A DNA stretch of 64,000 nucleotides. It comes from Kudoa neothunni. Lineage: Eukaryota > Animalia > Cnidaria. The stretch lies in NCBI GenBank assembly GCA_964304625.1, contig OZ199838.1:10125741-10189740 (forward strand), read 5' to 3'. The first letter of the stretch is position 1. The number at the start of each line of letters is the position of its first letter. Below the pieces are notes generated by a model that did no database searches, was not told the origin of the DNA, and saw nothing but the letters and a program-made list of their open reading frames with translations. The translations under genes and the position numbers were made by a program. Below are positions 48,700-62,606 of this stretch, piece by piece.

Positions 48700-51600
48700 A
48701 TACACGGAAACCACTATAGAAATAACAGAAGAAATTTATTTTTACATCAATAACAACTTTAGAATATAGAGTATGCTAATTAGGGGTTAATTAAAACGGA
48801 ACAACTACACACATGAACTAATATAATCATTGTATGATTGGATGTAGTCAGTGTGTTCGATGAGAATACTATAAAAGTTGACAATTCTGGACACGTAATG
48901 TTTTCTTTTTTCCTACATACATAAGAGTTATAAAAACCCCAACATACACATAAAGCAATAACCATATGGAACTTTTTGGATCTTTCGCGTTCAGCTTTAT
49001 CAAATTCAACGGAGAATTTTTTAACATTTTTATCAATGTGCTATGTCAATAGTTAAACAGAATATTAAATTTGTACAAAATAATGCATTACCTTGATTTC
49101 ACTCTCCGATAGCATGCATGGTGGACGTGGTCTCCATAGGAAATCGGAAATATTTGCAACTGTTTGAGAGCGAACGAAATTTCCAACCATTGTCCAAATA
49201 GTATAACCAGAGTCTCTCTACAAATCAAAAGTAAGAAACACATGTACCAATCACCAAGTCCATACAAATGAGCAAGAAGTAGCACAAGTCACAAGATAAC
49301 GACCAGATGAATCCCAAGAAATCTTGTTCACATTTCTGAATTGATTGATGTTCAGTTGGGTACCGGTGTGAGAATCGAAAATGCGCATTTCTTTATATTC
49401 CCTAGAGCTAATTGAATGTTACTAAAGTAATTTAAAACCGCATTCGATACGTACGCATTGATAGAATGCAAGACAACCAATCTTCCATTTGGTGACCACA
49501 ATGCATCCATGCGGGGTTGCAACGTATGTGTGACTAGCCTCGATATATTAAAGGAAACATGAAACAAATTATACGAATGAGTTTAATTTGATTATCGACA
49601 ATTTGATAAAAGCTATATTTATCATTGAGGCACACGATGAAGACATCTCCGTTTGGTTCCCAAGAGAATGATGACACAAGACCTAGAGTACATAAATTAA
49701 AAATGAGAATAATTCAAATGAGTTTTAAATATGTAATTAACTATTGGAGAGTAAATAATTCCACAAAACTTGTATAAGAATACTTATATCAATGAAAAAT
49801 TTAAGGTTATAGCTAACCTTTTATGCTGCCTATGTATTAAATTCGAATAAACACCATTATCGATAAAATCAACGCTATATTTTTTTAATTTGAGCGAAAT
49901 CTCATTCAATTCAATAATTTATTATACCTTTTTTAAATATTTACAAAAATTACGCTTTTAACCCTTTTTAAATAATCATGGGCTCAAAGAGCCCATCCGC
50001 TCATTAAATTGGCGTTTTATCCTCGAATAAGTCATCGTTTTAACCCCGAATTTTATGTAAGTCCATTATATTATGTTTTCTAATGATTCATACTACTATG
50101 GAAGAATTTTTTCCTCCCGATTTTAAGTCGCGCTTCAACTATAGTGGATTATTGTTATATGCTTTAATACTAAATCTTGTGTTCAACTAATCTATTGAGT
50201 GTGACTTATCGTTACAATGGGAGATTTTATTGGTCTTAGTGATTTTTATTCGTCCGACACTGAAAGTATTGCATCTAATGAATGGAATGAAATTCTTGAC
50301 AATTTTTATAAATCCAATGAAGATTTCTATTTTAATTCAATCGTTACGTATGCTTCTATTTTTAGATCGTTTACCGTTCACATATAAAAATCTGATATCT
50401 GTATTGATTTAAAATTACAAAATTTCATTAAACATAAAAAACTTTTTTCAAATAGTTACCGATTTTAAATAAAATTACAATTAGGTATATATAAAAAGCA
50501 ATTAACATACGAAATTGATTAGACGTTGGAATAGGATTAGAAAATCGTATTTTGGTTTTTTGGTTTTTATTCTAGTTGAACTTTATCCAGTCTTATTTTA
50601 AATAATTTTCGAGTAAAATAATAGTTTAAAAATCTGCTAGAATTCTATTTATATTCACGTTCATACCTAATATGGTACCTCATACTGAATTTGAATTTTT
50701 TACAATTGGTGACGATTTTATTAGATCGGATTCTAAAAAATGCTCATTTCGGTTTAAAATAAATTAGCCTCAATCAATGTGTTAAATATGCTATTCAATG
50801 ATACGACGTTAATGTGCCAATAAAGTCTGAAGATATTTAACCGATTACTCGTCGAGCCCTAAAATGATTAAACTAATCTAACTGGACTTTTGGAGTCCAG
50901 TTCAACCTTTACGTAACTCTCCGATGATCGTTTACAAAGGGTTAACATCGTTTTAACATATTTAAGAAAATCTTTTAGCTGGTAAATAAATATTGTCGCC
51001 GACATTATTCCCAGATGACAGCGCGTATAAGTTTCAAGATTTTATGAGGAACCACTTTTTTGGTGGAACAAAGTGTAGCAATTCATAAAATTTTTGGATT
51101 CCACAAATCATTTTGATTGTTCATGAGTTAAATTAACGATTAATTAGTTCGAGAATTTTAATATGTTTAGATTCTCGATCTTTTAATTGGCTCTACTTGC
51201 AAATTTGAAACGAAAACAAAATGGATTAGCTCAGAGTAGGACCATAGCGCATATCAAAAAATTAAAATGTTTTTTTTTCGCGAATATGCGCCATATAATA
51301 TTGAGATTTTATGGTACCAATCATTAATTTTTTTATGAATTTAAATACTTGGAAGCTCTAACGAAAGCACGGGAAGGTCTTTCTCTCGAAGGAATACAAT
51401 ATCCATATTGAAGAATGATTTCTATAGGAGAAAATCAAATAATAAAACCATTTAAATTGTTGAATAGAAACCTTTCTAATAACTCTTTCGTGAGTAATAC
51501 ACAAATACTTGGATTTATCTTGGAAATAGAACTCCAACTATATTACAGATATAACTGAGGTGGAGAACAATGAAAGATATACCGACGTAGGATTAACCAC

Positions 51601-53232
51601 TTGTTTCAATTTGTGTGTTGAGTCATTTTCAATGTTGTATAACATAGCGATACCGTTTTGGTTGTCACTAGTTGTGGTCCAGTAACCGACACAACTCGAA
51701 CAGGGGGAAACTTTAATAGACCTTTATAAAAACAAATAATTCAACAAGCGCAAACAAAAGCATCAAACTTTAAGTTGGGTATATTTAAAGGATTTTTGGG
51801 GTGTGCTTTAAAGTCCTATTCCGCGTATGCTAGTTAACTTATGTCGATTTATAAAAACCAGTTACATCAGCGGCACACAATATTTTGTAGGAGTTTGATT
51901 TGCCTGCTATCAAATATTTTGAATCTGATGTCCAACTAATGATAAATCAATTTAGGATGCGAATTAACATCAAATGACAATTACTAAAGATCGAGTTGAA
52001 GAGTGGTGGGGGAGAAGGTAACTGGTCCTCGCCATAGCACCGTACCACAAGCAGTATCCACAATAATGACATTCTAAGCATTAACGTTCAAACCATACAC
52101 TTATTGTAAAAATTACATCACGCACAAGCTTATCAACACACAAAACAAGAAACCTAAAACAAAGTAGCAAGGTAGAAAAATCATAAAATTATCGAGGGAA
52201 TAAATAATACTTTTCATTTGGAGAGAACACAATATGTGAAACGTCGATTATCTTGATTGCACAAGTGAGCTGAAATTTGCCACCAGTGGTGGTCACACCG
52301 ATACAAACTCCTCCGTCACTTGTCAACGCTACAAATGTACCATGTGGAGACCAGTAAACTCTTTTTGCAGGAACATTGAGCTATCAAACATGAAATCACT
52401 TTCCAATGACAAAAATTACATCGATTTCTATGGGTTGGAATTCGTCATAATAGGTTTCAACTCTGTTCATCACAATCTTTTCAACTTTTTTATTCACAGA
52501 AGGAACGACGCAAAAGTGTTCACTCGCTGCATTGTTCACAAGCCAGCTGTTGTAATCAACCTGTGTAATTGATTTGTTGAAACAAATGATCAAAAAATAA
52601 GTCATACAGGTGACATTTGCGGTTTTTCGGCTGAATGAAACTCAAACTGTTCCGACATGTTCTGCGTTAGAGTGTACTCTTTGTAGGTGAATAATTTCAA
52701 ACGGTGAGTTTTGTCAAGTCTAAAATCATTGAATTTCTCCTTGTAAAAAGGCATATCTTCCGCTTTGGCTAATTGCACGAACATAATTCTATTGAAGGAA
52801 TCAAATTAATGTACAGTTTACAACACAAATACCCCTTGCTGAGCGAACTTTCTGAATCCATTGGTGAAAATATGGACAATGGCTTGTTGTATGGAACTTG
52901 GTCGAATGCTTTCTTAAAAAGAAAACTTTCCAGTTTTTGTAGACGTGATTCTTCAACTTTTGGCAGATTGATCAAGATTAGAAAACACTCAGGATTCAAA
53001 TAATTCCTTGTTCTGGCTACGGTGAATAGAATGAGCAAATAAATATATCGTTTCGAATGATGGGTATAGTTGTCTTAAGTAAAAGATAAATACATCGAGG
53101 ATCATTTGGATAATTGATATCGTCAAAGTCCTCATCCGTTAATAACGACAAGAGTTTCTCTCTATCCAGCTTGTCGTTCTCAACACAAGCATTAATTGTG
53201 CCAGTAAGTTTAGTTTTAACCGCAGCCTCCAT
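48700..53232 (-). CDS. EIF3B: Translation initiation factor 3 subunit B (divergent); 3' end approximate
   Basis: RRM segment LINLPKVEESRLQKL...SKG..FVQL...FRLDKTH, WD-like WSPHGT, FSPNEK and WSPNGR, and a C-terminal IDKNVKKFSVEFDKAE helix. Many small introns. Confidence 0.85.
49962..50941. mobile_element. Non-autonomous piggyBac-like element in EIF3B intron
   Basis: TTAA on both sides. TIRs CCCTTTTTAAATAATCAT / CCCTTTGTAAACGATCAT. Confidence 0.75.
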
Positions 53233-53344
53233 CAAGATTTAACGTGCCACGATCTCGAACGAACAGGCGTTTCCATTACCGAGGTCTACCTGTTGAGCTT
53301 CCTATTGCAAAACGATCTTATTAGAGATAAATAAATATACTCTT

Positions 53345-53460
53345 TGTAGTGAATGTGGATCTAATTAATTATTCTCGAACGAAAAATGATGGTTCCTTGT
53401 CACTTGATTATGGGTCACATCGCTCCTGAACTTTAGGCGCTACTTTATTTATGCGGACAC
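53345..53460 (-). repeat. Diverged copy of the tRNA-derived repeat at 5738-5860
   Basis: Collinear similarity: GTAG.G.ATG.GGATC...CTCGA...CACTT...TATGGG.CA...CCTGAA..TAGGCGCTACT.TATTT. Confidence 0.6.
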
Positions 53461-54802
53461 ATCGTTTATTTATCATTAAACTTTGGTATATCAGAAAATG
53501 GGCTTTTGAAAGATTTTGAAAGAAATTCTATAAGGTGCGAACATTATTCTGTTTGAAGTTATTTAGTCGTTTCCGATGCGCTCTGAATTGTAAAGTATTT
53601 TTTTAGAATTGATTTTTATTCAAACATAATGTATGCATACTGTTGAAAGATATATTTTTAACCTTCTAAGTAGCTGAAAAATTTAAAACCTCCAAATAAA
53701 AATAGGGAAGAAATCTACCTCACAGTTTTATTTGATGCAATTGCCTCAAATAAAAGTCAGCATTGACTGACAAAATATGAGACAAATTAATAGAGTAAAA
53801 TTTGAATAAATGGGAAGTTTTTATAGTTATTTTCTATGTGTATATGCGCGCGCAATTGTGTTATGTTTCTTTGGGGTGTGATTGTATATAGGCAGTGGTT
53901 ATTGCAACGGGAGGAAATAACTCGAAAACTAACATGTCTATAAAAATTTTAATTTCGTTTTTATAATAAATGATTTTTTCTCCAAATAATTTCAAATTTT
54001 GGGGGAAATATAATGTGGTGGAATTTTCAAGGTTGTTATTGAAAATTAAGTAACTTCATAAGGTCATTTTGATTTGATAGATCGTAGGAATACTAAAAAA
54101 AGCTTTCTAAGACAATAAAATTTTATGTAAATCGTAAGCTTTCTATAATATGAATCACCACGCCCAGGATTCCGCGCTATTACGTAAGATTTAGTTAACT
54201 AGTAGTACTGGTTATTTCGTTGGCTAACATCCCTCTGATTCGATACATGCAATTATGGAGAATTATTAACATATTAATTAAAGATTTTTTTTCTCAAAAT
54301 TTATAATATGAATAATGTGTATTAATGTATAACTCATTGTATTTAAAGCTATGTCTCAATCTATGAAATAAACACAAATCTATGATTTCGGGTTAGATTT
54401 ATTTATACTATATATAGGACTTTAAAAATAGATTATCTGTTAAACATATGGTAGTTTTTAAGGAATAGTGTGTCATTTCCTTGATTCTATGTTACGTCGC
54501 AATAATTTGAGGGTGTTGGGTAATAATTCTTTATATAAAAACAAAAATTTGATTATTATAATAAAATCAAGATCCTTTTAAGATAAATATAAATGGCGAG
54601 CATGTAACAATTTCTTGATAAAGATTAAAATATTTAATTGAATTTACGATATATACTTTAGGAGAATTTTAATTATCCCCCTAAATTTTTGGGCATGTCT
54701 TCAAACAGAAAATAGCTTATATAGCAATGTGTGGCCAACAATAACTCAAATAATAGTGCGCGCAGTTTTTCCTGGTTCGTTTATCTAATTGTTATTGGCG
54801 TC

Positions 54803-57800
54803 ATGGAATTTTATCTAGGAATGAAGTTTTAATCGTAAGAGCAATTACAAACTCATATCAGCTGTTATAAACGTTCTGCATTTTGCAAACTGAAAAATAA
54901 GAGAATCTAGGACATTAAAAATGTAAAAAATAAAATCAAAAAGGTATTTAATGATGCCTTGGTTTACTACGAAATGAAATTCGTATGCTTTCTTGGTAAT
55001 CTTCATAACAAAAGGGGGACTGGAGAGAGGAAGTCAACGACGTACAAGAATGATTGTCCATTTAATATCGTACTCTGGGCGAGCAATGATGACCAATTTC
55101 TGAAAATTAAAACATTAAATATAGAACACAACCATCCATGTAACGATTCATTGTATAAATTTTTGCTCGACCAAAGAAAAATTGATTTGTCAGATAACAA
55201 TATATCTGAATTAATTACACTTGGGCTAATAAAATCTTATACAAACTAAATTATGCCAAGAGACCGGTAAAGTTGACATTAAAATCACTGCGTAACATCA
55301 ACACAAAAAGATTAGCTAATATTGATGTACTGAAGCCCACAAATCTTCTAGCTCCGAATTATGATTGTAATGTTAAAATTCAAAAAAAATCTGATAATGT
55401 TGTTACTGGATTGTTTTTCATCGATAAACTAATGAAAAGAACTCTAACGTTCTACCCCAAAGTACTTCCGGTAGACGCAACATACAAGCTTCTCAATTCA
55501 CGATAATTTTTAATAATTATTTAGCTAGTATTTAAATGAGTTCCACGTATGGTTTTTTAGAGCACCATTGTATTTAACTGTTGCCGTTGATTCTATTGGG
55601 GAAACGCATGTAACTTCGGCGTGTATAATTTTTCATAATGACGAGGAATCAGTGAAATGGTACATGAACCAAATTTTGGAAAGTTGTCCTGTACTCAAGG
55701 AAAAATTGTGTACAGTTACAACAGACAAAGATACAAAACTTAGGAATAGTGTAAAAACAATTTTTCCAAATGCCCAACTTTTTATCTGCATGTTTATTGT
55801 TTTGCGAATATTTCGTAGGGAATTTTCAACATTAAAATATAATATATTATCAGAAAATCGAAATAAAATATTTCATTTGTTTAACAAGATGATTAGAGTC
55901 AACGATAAGATTGAATTTGACAAAATATGCTCTGAGTTGGTCGATTTAAATAATGTCAAACGGACGGAATATTTTCAAACTCGTTGGCTGCCAATTTATA
56001 ACTAATGGATCTTTCCTCTAAGTAGCGCGCAAAAAATTTATGGAAATACGCCCAATAATAGATTGGAAACTATTAATTCAAAATTAAAAAGCATTGTAAA
56101 ATGATTTTCAACAATGAGTGACTTTTTTAATAGATTCTTTTCAACCATCTATTCAATGCGTATTGAACGATACAATAAAATTGTGCAGTAGGTAACCTAT
56201 TTTCCGTAGTGACCGATTTTCGGTAACTAAGGAGTTTCTTCCATTAGAATATTGTTTTAATATTTTAATCCATATATTTGATTTCATTTTTAGGTTTTGA
56301 TAATAATTACAAAAATTTTAAAAATTGAACATTTAAAAGTAGCGGTTTTCACATTATTAGCGTTTAACCGCTTTTCCGTAACTTTTCAGCGCTAGGCGGA
56401 TTTAGTGATGTGCCTTTTTTTACATTTATGTCTGAAAAAATTAAAAATGAGGAAATAATAAGACAAAAACATAAGTGTATTGATTTGTTTTTAAAGTATA
56501 CTAAACAGGAGTGCAAAAATACGACTTTTGGTAAATTTTAGCTCCTTTCTATTACTACTTTAGATACCATCCTGATTAGGAAGAAAGATATAGTTTTTAT
56601 CTTATAAATTGGTTTGGCTACCTCAGAGAGAAAAAATTTTAAACAGTATTCAAATAACGACATCGATACTATAGTATGTGATTAGGTGAATTATTTGAGA
56701 TAAAAAAATTGAGCTATCTGATCATGATATCATATATGAACCAAAACAATTGACAAAATAATTGAACCTAAGCGTAGTAACGATCCATGATTGTTTCGTG
56801 ATTTTAAATCGCGATTTATTTTAAAAATATCATTGCTTATGGTGATTTTGCTTATGTTGACTAAGGTTTTGTAGAAAATTGGTAATCTAAATTGAATGAC
56901 TAAATCAAAGGTAACAACGATGGCTGTATCAATAACCTTGAAGAAACTACATTATTTTACTAACAACATAGAGATCTATTATTTTTAATTCTATGTTTCG
57001 TCGAGAGAAAAAAATCTAAAAAATAGTTACAGTTTCGCGACGTGCATCTACGCCAGGAGGTTGCATTGAATCTCTTGTGATTGGAAATCACAAAAACCAT
57101 GTTGTTTTAAAAATGCTAAATAAAACATTTCTTGTAAAATACAAATCAAAAAGGAAAAAAATGGATGACTAGGGAATCATTTAAGAAATATATTCCTAAT
57201 TTAACAATCAATTCAAAACGACGTACAAGAAAGTTTTTCTACTTCTTAATAATGTTACTTGCCACGACAAAATTCATTTATCGAGTATCTCTCTTATATC
57301 CTTTACAAAAAATTCAACTAGCGTTTTCCACTATTAGACCATGGAATAATTTTCTTATTCAAATCAAATTACAAAAATAATTTAATAGAAAGCCATATTT
57401 CTGCAGTTAGCAATAATATAAATACATCCTCCCAAAGTATGCTTCAAACATTGTTCCTAATTATAAGTAATGGGGCGGTGTTTCAAAGGATATTGTATTT
57501 AACTGATTCAGAAAATATGAGTTGCATGCAGCCGATAAATACAAGCGTTCATTAAATATTAATTTAAGCAATAAAGAATTCTAAGCTGAAAATTCCGAGA
57601 TTTTTCAAGAGGAAGTCATTATGCCTACATCAAAACACTTGGACGAGCTTGCTCCTTTGATTGCTGAATCTGCGGATTCTGAAACCGAAGATTTAGGAGT
57701 GGAAGAATTTATATCAGAAAAAGATGTAATTAAATTTTTAAACAAGCAGAAAAGATATACGATAGAGAGGAATTGATTATCTGGACGAAATAATGAGTTA

Positions 57801-58407
57801 AGATGATAAAATTACGACATACGTCTTTAAAAATATGAATAAAAATAACATTAAATAACATATTATTTCAATAAAAGGAGATGAATGTATAAATTAAATC
57901 AATTTCTTTAAAATAGGCGTATCTTTTTATTTTTGCGTGCGCAGAAAGTTACGGAAAATCGGTTACCTACTGTATCATTATTGTTGAAAAGTAACCAAAT
58001 AAATGATCCGAATCCAGTTAAAAAAATTATACTTTGAATTATTGACACCTTTCGCGTTTAAACTTGTTAATGAAGAAATTATGTCGATGAAATGTGTTAA
58101 TGATCCTATAGGGGAGTTAGTACGTGTTCCTGCAACTTCAGGAAATCATGATTTACCCTGTAGACACATTTTGTCTGCCAGAGCATTGTACCTGGAAAAT
58201 GCACTTGAGCCCTCACTATGTGGAGAGAGATGGACAAGAAAATATGCTCTTGAATATATTCAGGAATCTATTAACATAAATGCCTCTACAGAGAAAACTC
58301 AAAACTCCAGAACTGTTGACAATAAATCACGGACTAAATTGAAGACATATAACGCACGCTTTAAAAAATGCATTTTTCCATGCCAACAAATTTGCGATAA
58401 TTTCTGA
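54803..58407 (+). pseudogene. MULE/FAR1-type (ZSWIM3-like) transposase pseudogene interrupted by a TIR element
   Basis: LGMKF.S, CPFNI...HNH, VDATYK, TDKD..L, LFICMF.VLR, NNRLE..NSKLK, then the SWIM finger LPCRHI after the insertion. Contains stops. Confidence 0.8.
56186..57972. mobile_element. TIR element (CAGTAGGTAACC family) nested in the MULE
   Basis: TIRs CAGTAGGTAACC(T/G)ATTTTCCGTA at both ends, with TG on the left flank and TA on the right. Removing the element rejoins the MULE coding sequence. Confidence 0.8.
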
Positions 58408-58789
58408 AAATCATTGTGGAGAATTTTATGAAAAATTTATTCTGTTGATAAAATGATTGGAAGATATCCCAAGGAATAAAAATAATACAAAGTTGGACTT
58501 ATAATGCATTTACTTGATTCTGGGAGGACGATAACATTGGATAATTATTTCGCATCATAAAAACTTGCTTAGTATCTGCAAAAAACACAAAATTTCCATT
58601 CCTAGAACGGTTAGAAAAAGAATAACGTTTATTCCTCTTCTGTTTCTCCCTTATAAATCTCAAGAGCTGTGTTCCTCTCAATTCGAACTCCATAAGCAGT
58701 TTACTCTATTATCTCATGTGCCTAAAAAAAATAAAGCGGTGATCCTTTTGTAATCTGAGCATCATACATGTTGTGTAAGATCGGAGTAT

Positions 58790-59315
58790 CATTCAGTATC
58801 ACAAGCTATCTTAGAATTCAACATTAAAAAATGTGGGATTGACATAATGGATCAATATGTTTCATAATATTCCTTGAAAAGAAAATCTAGACGTTGGTAT
58901 TTTGCAATCTTTTGTCAAATGCTTGATGCAGCTGCTTCTAATTCTTTTGTGGTTTTCATAAAGAATACTCCTCAATATTATAAAACAAAACCGGACACTC
59001 TATGATAGACTTTTTTGTTGAATCTATCAATATCATTCATCAAAAATCCCCAGGAAAAAAATATTTAAAATCAAAAAGCAACGTGTCATCCACATGTATC
59101 GCGATCCTTAGAAACTGTATAATACAATCTAGAAAAAATTTGTTTATCAAAGACGGAAAAAAACTTAACGATCTCAAAGAGCGGGCTGTAAAATTTTTCT
59201 TGCTAATACTATAAGAATAAGTAACACAGTTGCGCTCTATGTGAAAGAGCAATTTGCAACGAACATTCTTGTAAAATATTAACATGCGGAGAATGTAATC
59301 GAAAACGTGGGTAAA
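58790..59315 (+). pseudogene. piggyBac transposase C-terminal fragment
   Basis: GIDIMDQYVS.YSLKRKSRRWYFAIFCQMLDAAASNSF plus the Cys-rich CALCERAICNEH..C.EC. Confidence 0.75.
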
Positions 59316-59333
59316 TATATTGGAATTTACACT

Positions 59334-60414
59334 GGGTTAATGTTTGAAAGGTCCCCGACCAGCAAAAAAATCTCATCGACGCACCTGGCAATTCTCAAAC
59401 AATGTTACCTGACATTGTTGTCGCCGAGAATTTAAAAAACCTCACTTTTGAGAATATTTGTTAGTTAAAAATAATCAAGTTGATTTAGTTTACTTTTTAC
59501 AAGGTTATATCTTCTACCGAGAGAAAGAGTCAGTGCTTGTGGCGCTACAATGAAGCTTACTCCCAGTAGAAGGTACAGAAGGATTTAACTTTAGTTGCTA
59601 CGTAAAAATATGTCGAAAAGAAAAATAAATTCGATTTGGATAATTAATTATCGGTCAAAACAATCATTATATAAAATATTGAAATAATATATTTTTGGAG
59701 CGAAGGAGGTTTTAATGAAAAAATGTGACATAAATATATTGCAACGGTCGTCGATTGCAGAAATATTATGAGAGATATTTTCAGGAGTTATTTTATTCGA
59801 AGCACAATAAAAATTGGAGGCCCCATAATAAAGGTTAAGATTGACGGGAGTCAACTCTGCAAAAGAAAATTCGGAGTAAGGATATTCCTATAAAATCAAA
59901 GCAAATGAATTGTTGGTAGCGTAAAGAGGAATAGGAAGGTTCTTATGGTTGAAACCGAAAAACTGGACGCCTATACTCTTGAAAACATTATCACCACCTA
60001 TGTCGAAAAAGAATCCATCATCCACTCCGATGGATGGCATGGCTACAATTCTTTAAGTGCTATGGGTTACACTCACGAGATTACAATCCATAAAAAGGAG
60101 TTTATATCGTCTGGAAGTACCCATAACAACAGGATTGAAGGTATATGGAGCGCGTTCAAATGAAAATATCAAAATATGACAAATGACGCAAAAATCGATG
60201 ATATTATCATATAGAATGTTGTGTTGCTTTCGACAAATTCATAAGACCATAGTTTTAGAACAAATTATTGATGTTATAATTTATAACTTATAAATTAAAT
60301 TTATAATTTTTTATAACGAATGTTGCAATTATTCGGAAAACAAAAAGTTCATTTGTCGGATATTTGGGTCCCCGTTTTTTTATGACATTCGGGGAGCATT
60401 CTAGACATTAACCC
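59334..60414 (+). mobile_element. Merlin transposon with TIRs and a decayed transposase
   Basis: TIRs GGGTTAATGT(T/C)T...TCCCCGA at both ends. Internal VKID...KRK, IIHSDGWHGYNSL and HNNRIEGIWS. Confidence 0.75.
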
Positions 60415-61745
60415 TTAATCTGCGAACACAATAAGGTCTCGACATCGCGTAACTTTTCGTTGGTACCTGTGCTGCGCACGCATGGTCACACAATCTATCT
60501 CTCCGGTAAGTTATTCCAGTTTGGAGTATATAGTTCGTTTTTTAGTGTATTATCACCTTAATTTATTCAAAGATTAAAATTTAATAATTCCACGTTTGCT
60601 TTGTCTTAAGAACCCATTTATGATTTAATTAACCTTCCGAGCGTGTCAAAATTGCATATGCATTTTATGTAATTAATACAAAATAGCAATAAAAAACAAA
60701 TTCTAGCTTATTTGATGATATTTAAAAATATATTAAATTTTGGAAGAATAACAATAGTTGTCATCATTTTAGAGAATTGATAACCCTCAAAACATTCCCA
60801 ATATTCGACATCCGACATTTGTGTTTAGATCTAATGGGTCCCCAAATACTCATAAGGTTATAAAACATCATGGAATGTTTTTTGGTAGAAGGAATATCTA
60901 AAAAACAGGTTCTAATGGGTTCAATTAGGAATTCTATGATTCTTATTTATTAAATTCAAAATTATCGAAAAAAAATCATTTTTTATTCACCTTAAAAAAG
61001 TTTTTGACGTAGAGATGCACGCAACATCAAATATTTTGGTATACATTAGGTGACAGCTCGTGCGCTTTACCACTCGTGGGCACCTTTCATGATTTGGCGA
61101 CTTACACGATACTGTTACTAATTAAAATCAATGGAATAAAAGCATAACAATTATAATGAATTATTAAAGCCTTATTTTTTTGTTTTAATTCGCTGTAAGT
61201 AAGAATTGGTTCAAATTTACGACTCGTGGGCATTATGCTTAAAAATTAAGTTGCCCAAATGATGGGCCTTGGGCACTCGAAGAGAACCAGGTAGCTTCGT
61301 TCTTTGGAAGATAAAATGGATATGATGGCATATTATGAATGAATATCAAATGGAAAAAACAGAAAAACTAAACTTCTCAATTATTTTAACTTTAAACTTC
61401 TATCCTCTTTAAATAAGATTTTGGGTAATAACGAATCCATTATAAAGTCTCATAATGGAATGAAAATTACAAATAACCACAAAACGTTTAAAAAATTTAT
61501 TATTTCTATGAATGAAAATCTAATTTATTTGTACGAAATGTACAAATTTTTCAGAAAACTAACTTATCAAATGTTATCTACCGCCATAGATCTAGAAATG
61601 ACGATTTAAGATTCGAGAAAGTCAGAGCTTTACCAGCAATATATTAGTAGCTTTTTGAAAGCACAATCCAACTAATAAGTATGATAAAAACTTTTGGTTA
61701 TATTTTATTGTGTATATTAATTGATCTTATGGAATTTATGTATAT

Positions 61746-61748
<3 letters not shown>

Positions 61749-61782
<34 letters not shown>
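61749..61782. repeat. (TA)n microsatellite
   Basis: Uninterrupted TA run. Shorter runs occur near 31597 and 34077, and a (CA)n run near 18363. Confidence 0.9.
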
Positions 61783-61784
<2 letters not shown>

Positions 61785-62606
61785 TTTATCTTGATTACTA
61801 ACTCTTACTCCTACTTCTCTTGAGTACAGAAAATAATTCATTTGTTACACAACACTTCCTTAAGATATAATGATTCATTAAGAAAGCTTTCTATATGTTT
61901 TTCTTTTGAATCGTCCAAACCTTATGATTAAAATGGGAAATAATTTTGATTGTAATAAAATTGGATATGTGAATTGCATTTATTATTTTTTTAAATTTTT
62001 GTTTCCACAAATTAAAGTCAAGCATCGACTAGATTAATCGCATTTAACCTTTACATCATTGCTATAAAAAAACTTGTTTTTATTAATATCCTTTTGAGTA
62101 TAAATGCAAACAAAGTATCAAATACAAGAGACTAAATTGCGAGTTACCGCAATAAAATGTTGCTATGTTCGCATGCGTCGTGACGGCCAGAGGGCACCTC
62201 GAACCCAATTCTCATTTTAGTGCCCTCGAGCCGTCACCTGCTGTATTCCGAACAAACTACAATGTCGTAATTGATTAGCACCCGATGCTGTAATAGTCTT
62301 TGAAAAGCTCCCCTTCATCTTAGTTCCTTAAAAACATGAAATCTTACATATATATTTTCGTACAATTTTAATACATTACTTGCTTTTGGGATTCCTTCAA
62401 ACTCATAGGTTGGAATGAAGATAGTAACGAAAGATTGCGCATAATTATTTGATTAAAAGTATATGGGTTTAAATAGTTACAATCTATGAAAAATAATTTC
62501 TGTAGATTTGACATAAAAATCATAAAATGCAAACACGATTTTAGTATATTTTGGCATTTGCGCGTGCGCAAAGGAAAACGCCCTTGTGTCGTTTCTTGTT
62601 TGAATA

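Noticed and set aside
46091-48700. Complete piggyBac or Tigger elements
   Set aside because: Single end-like motifs (TTAACCC at about 46091; Tigger-like end at about 48690) are visible, but no matching partner ends or clear catalytic motifs were found.
59325-59340. GGG-TTAA as the right end of the piggyBac fragment
   Set aside because: Better explained as the left TIR of the Merlin element, which pairs with 60375-60414.
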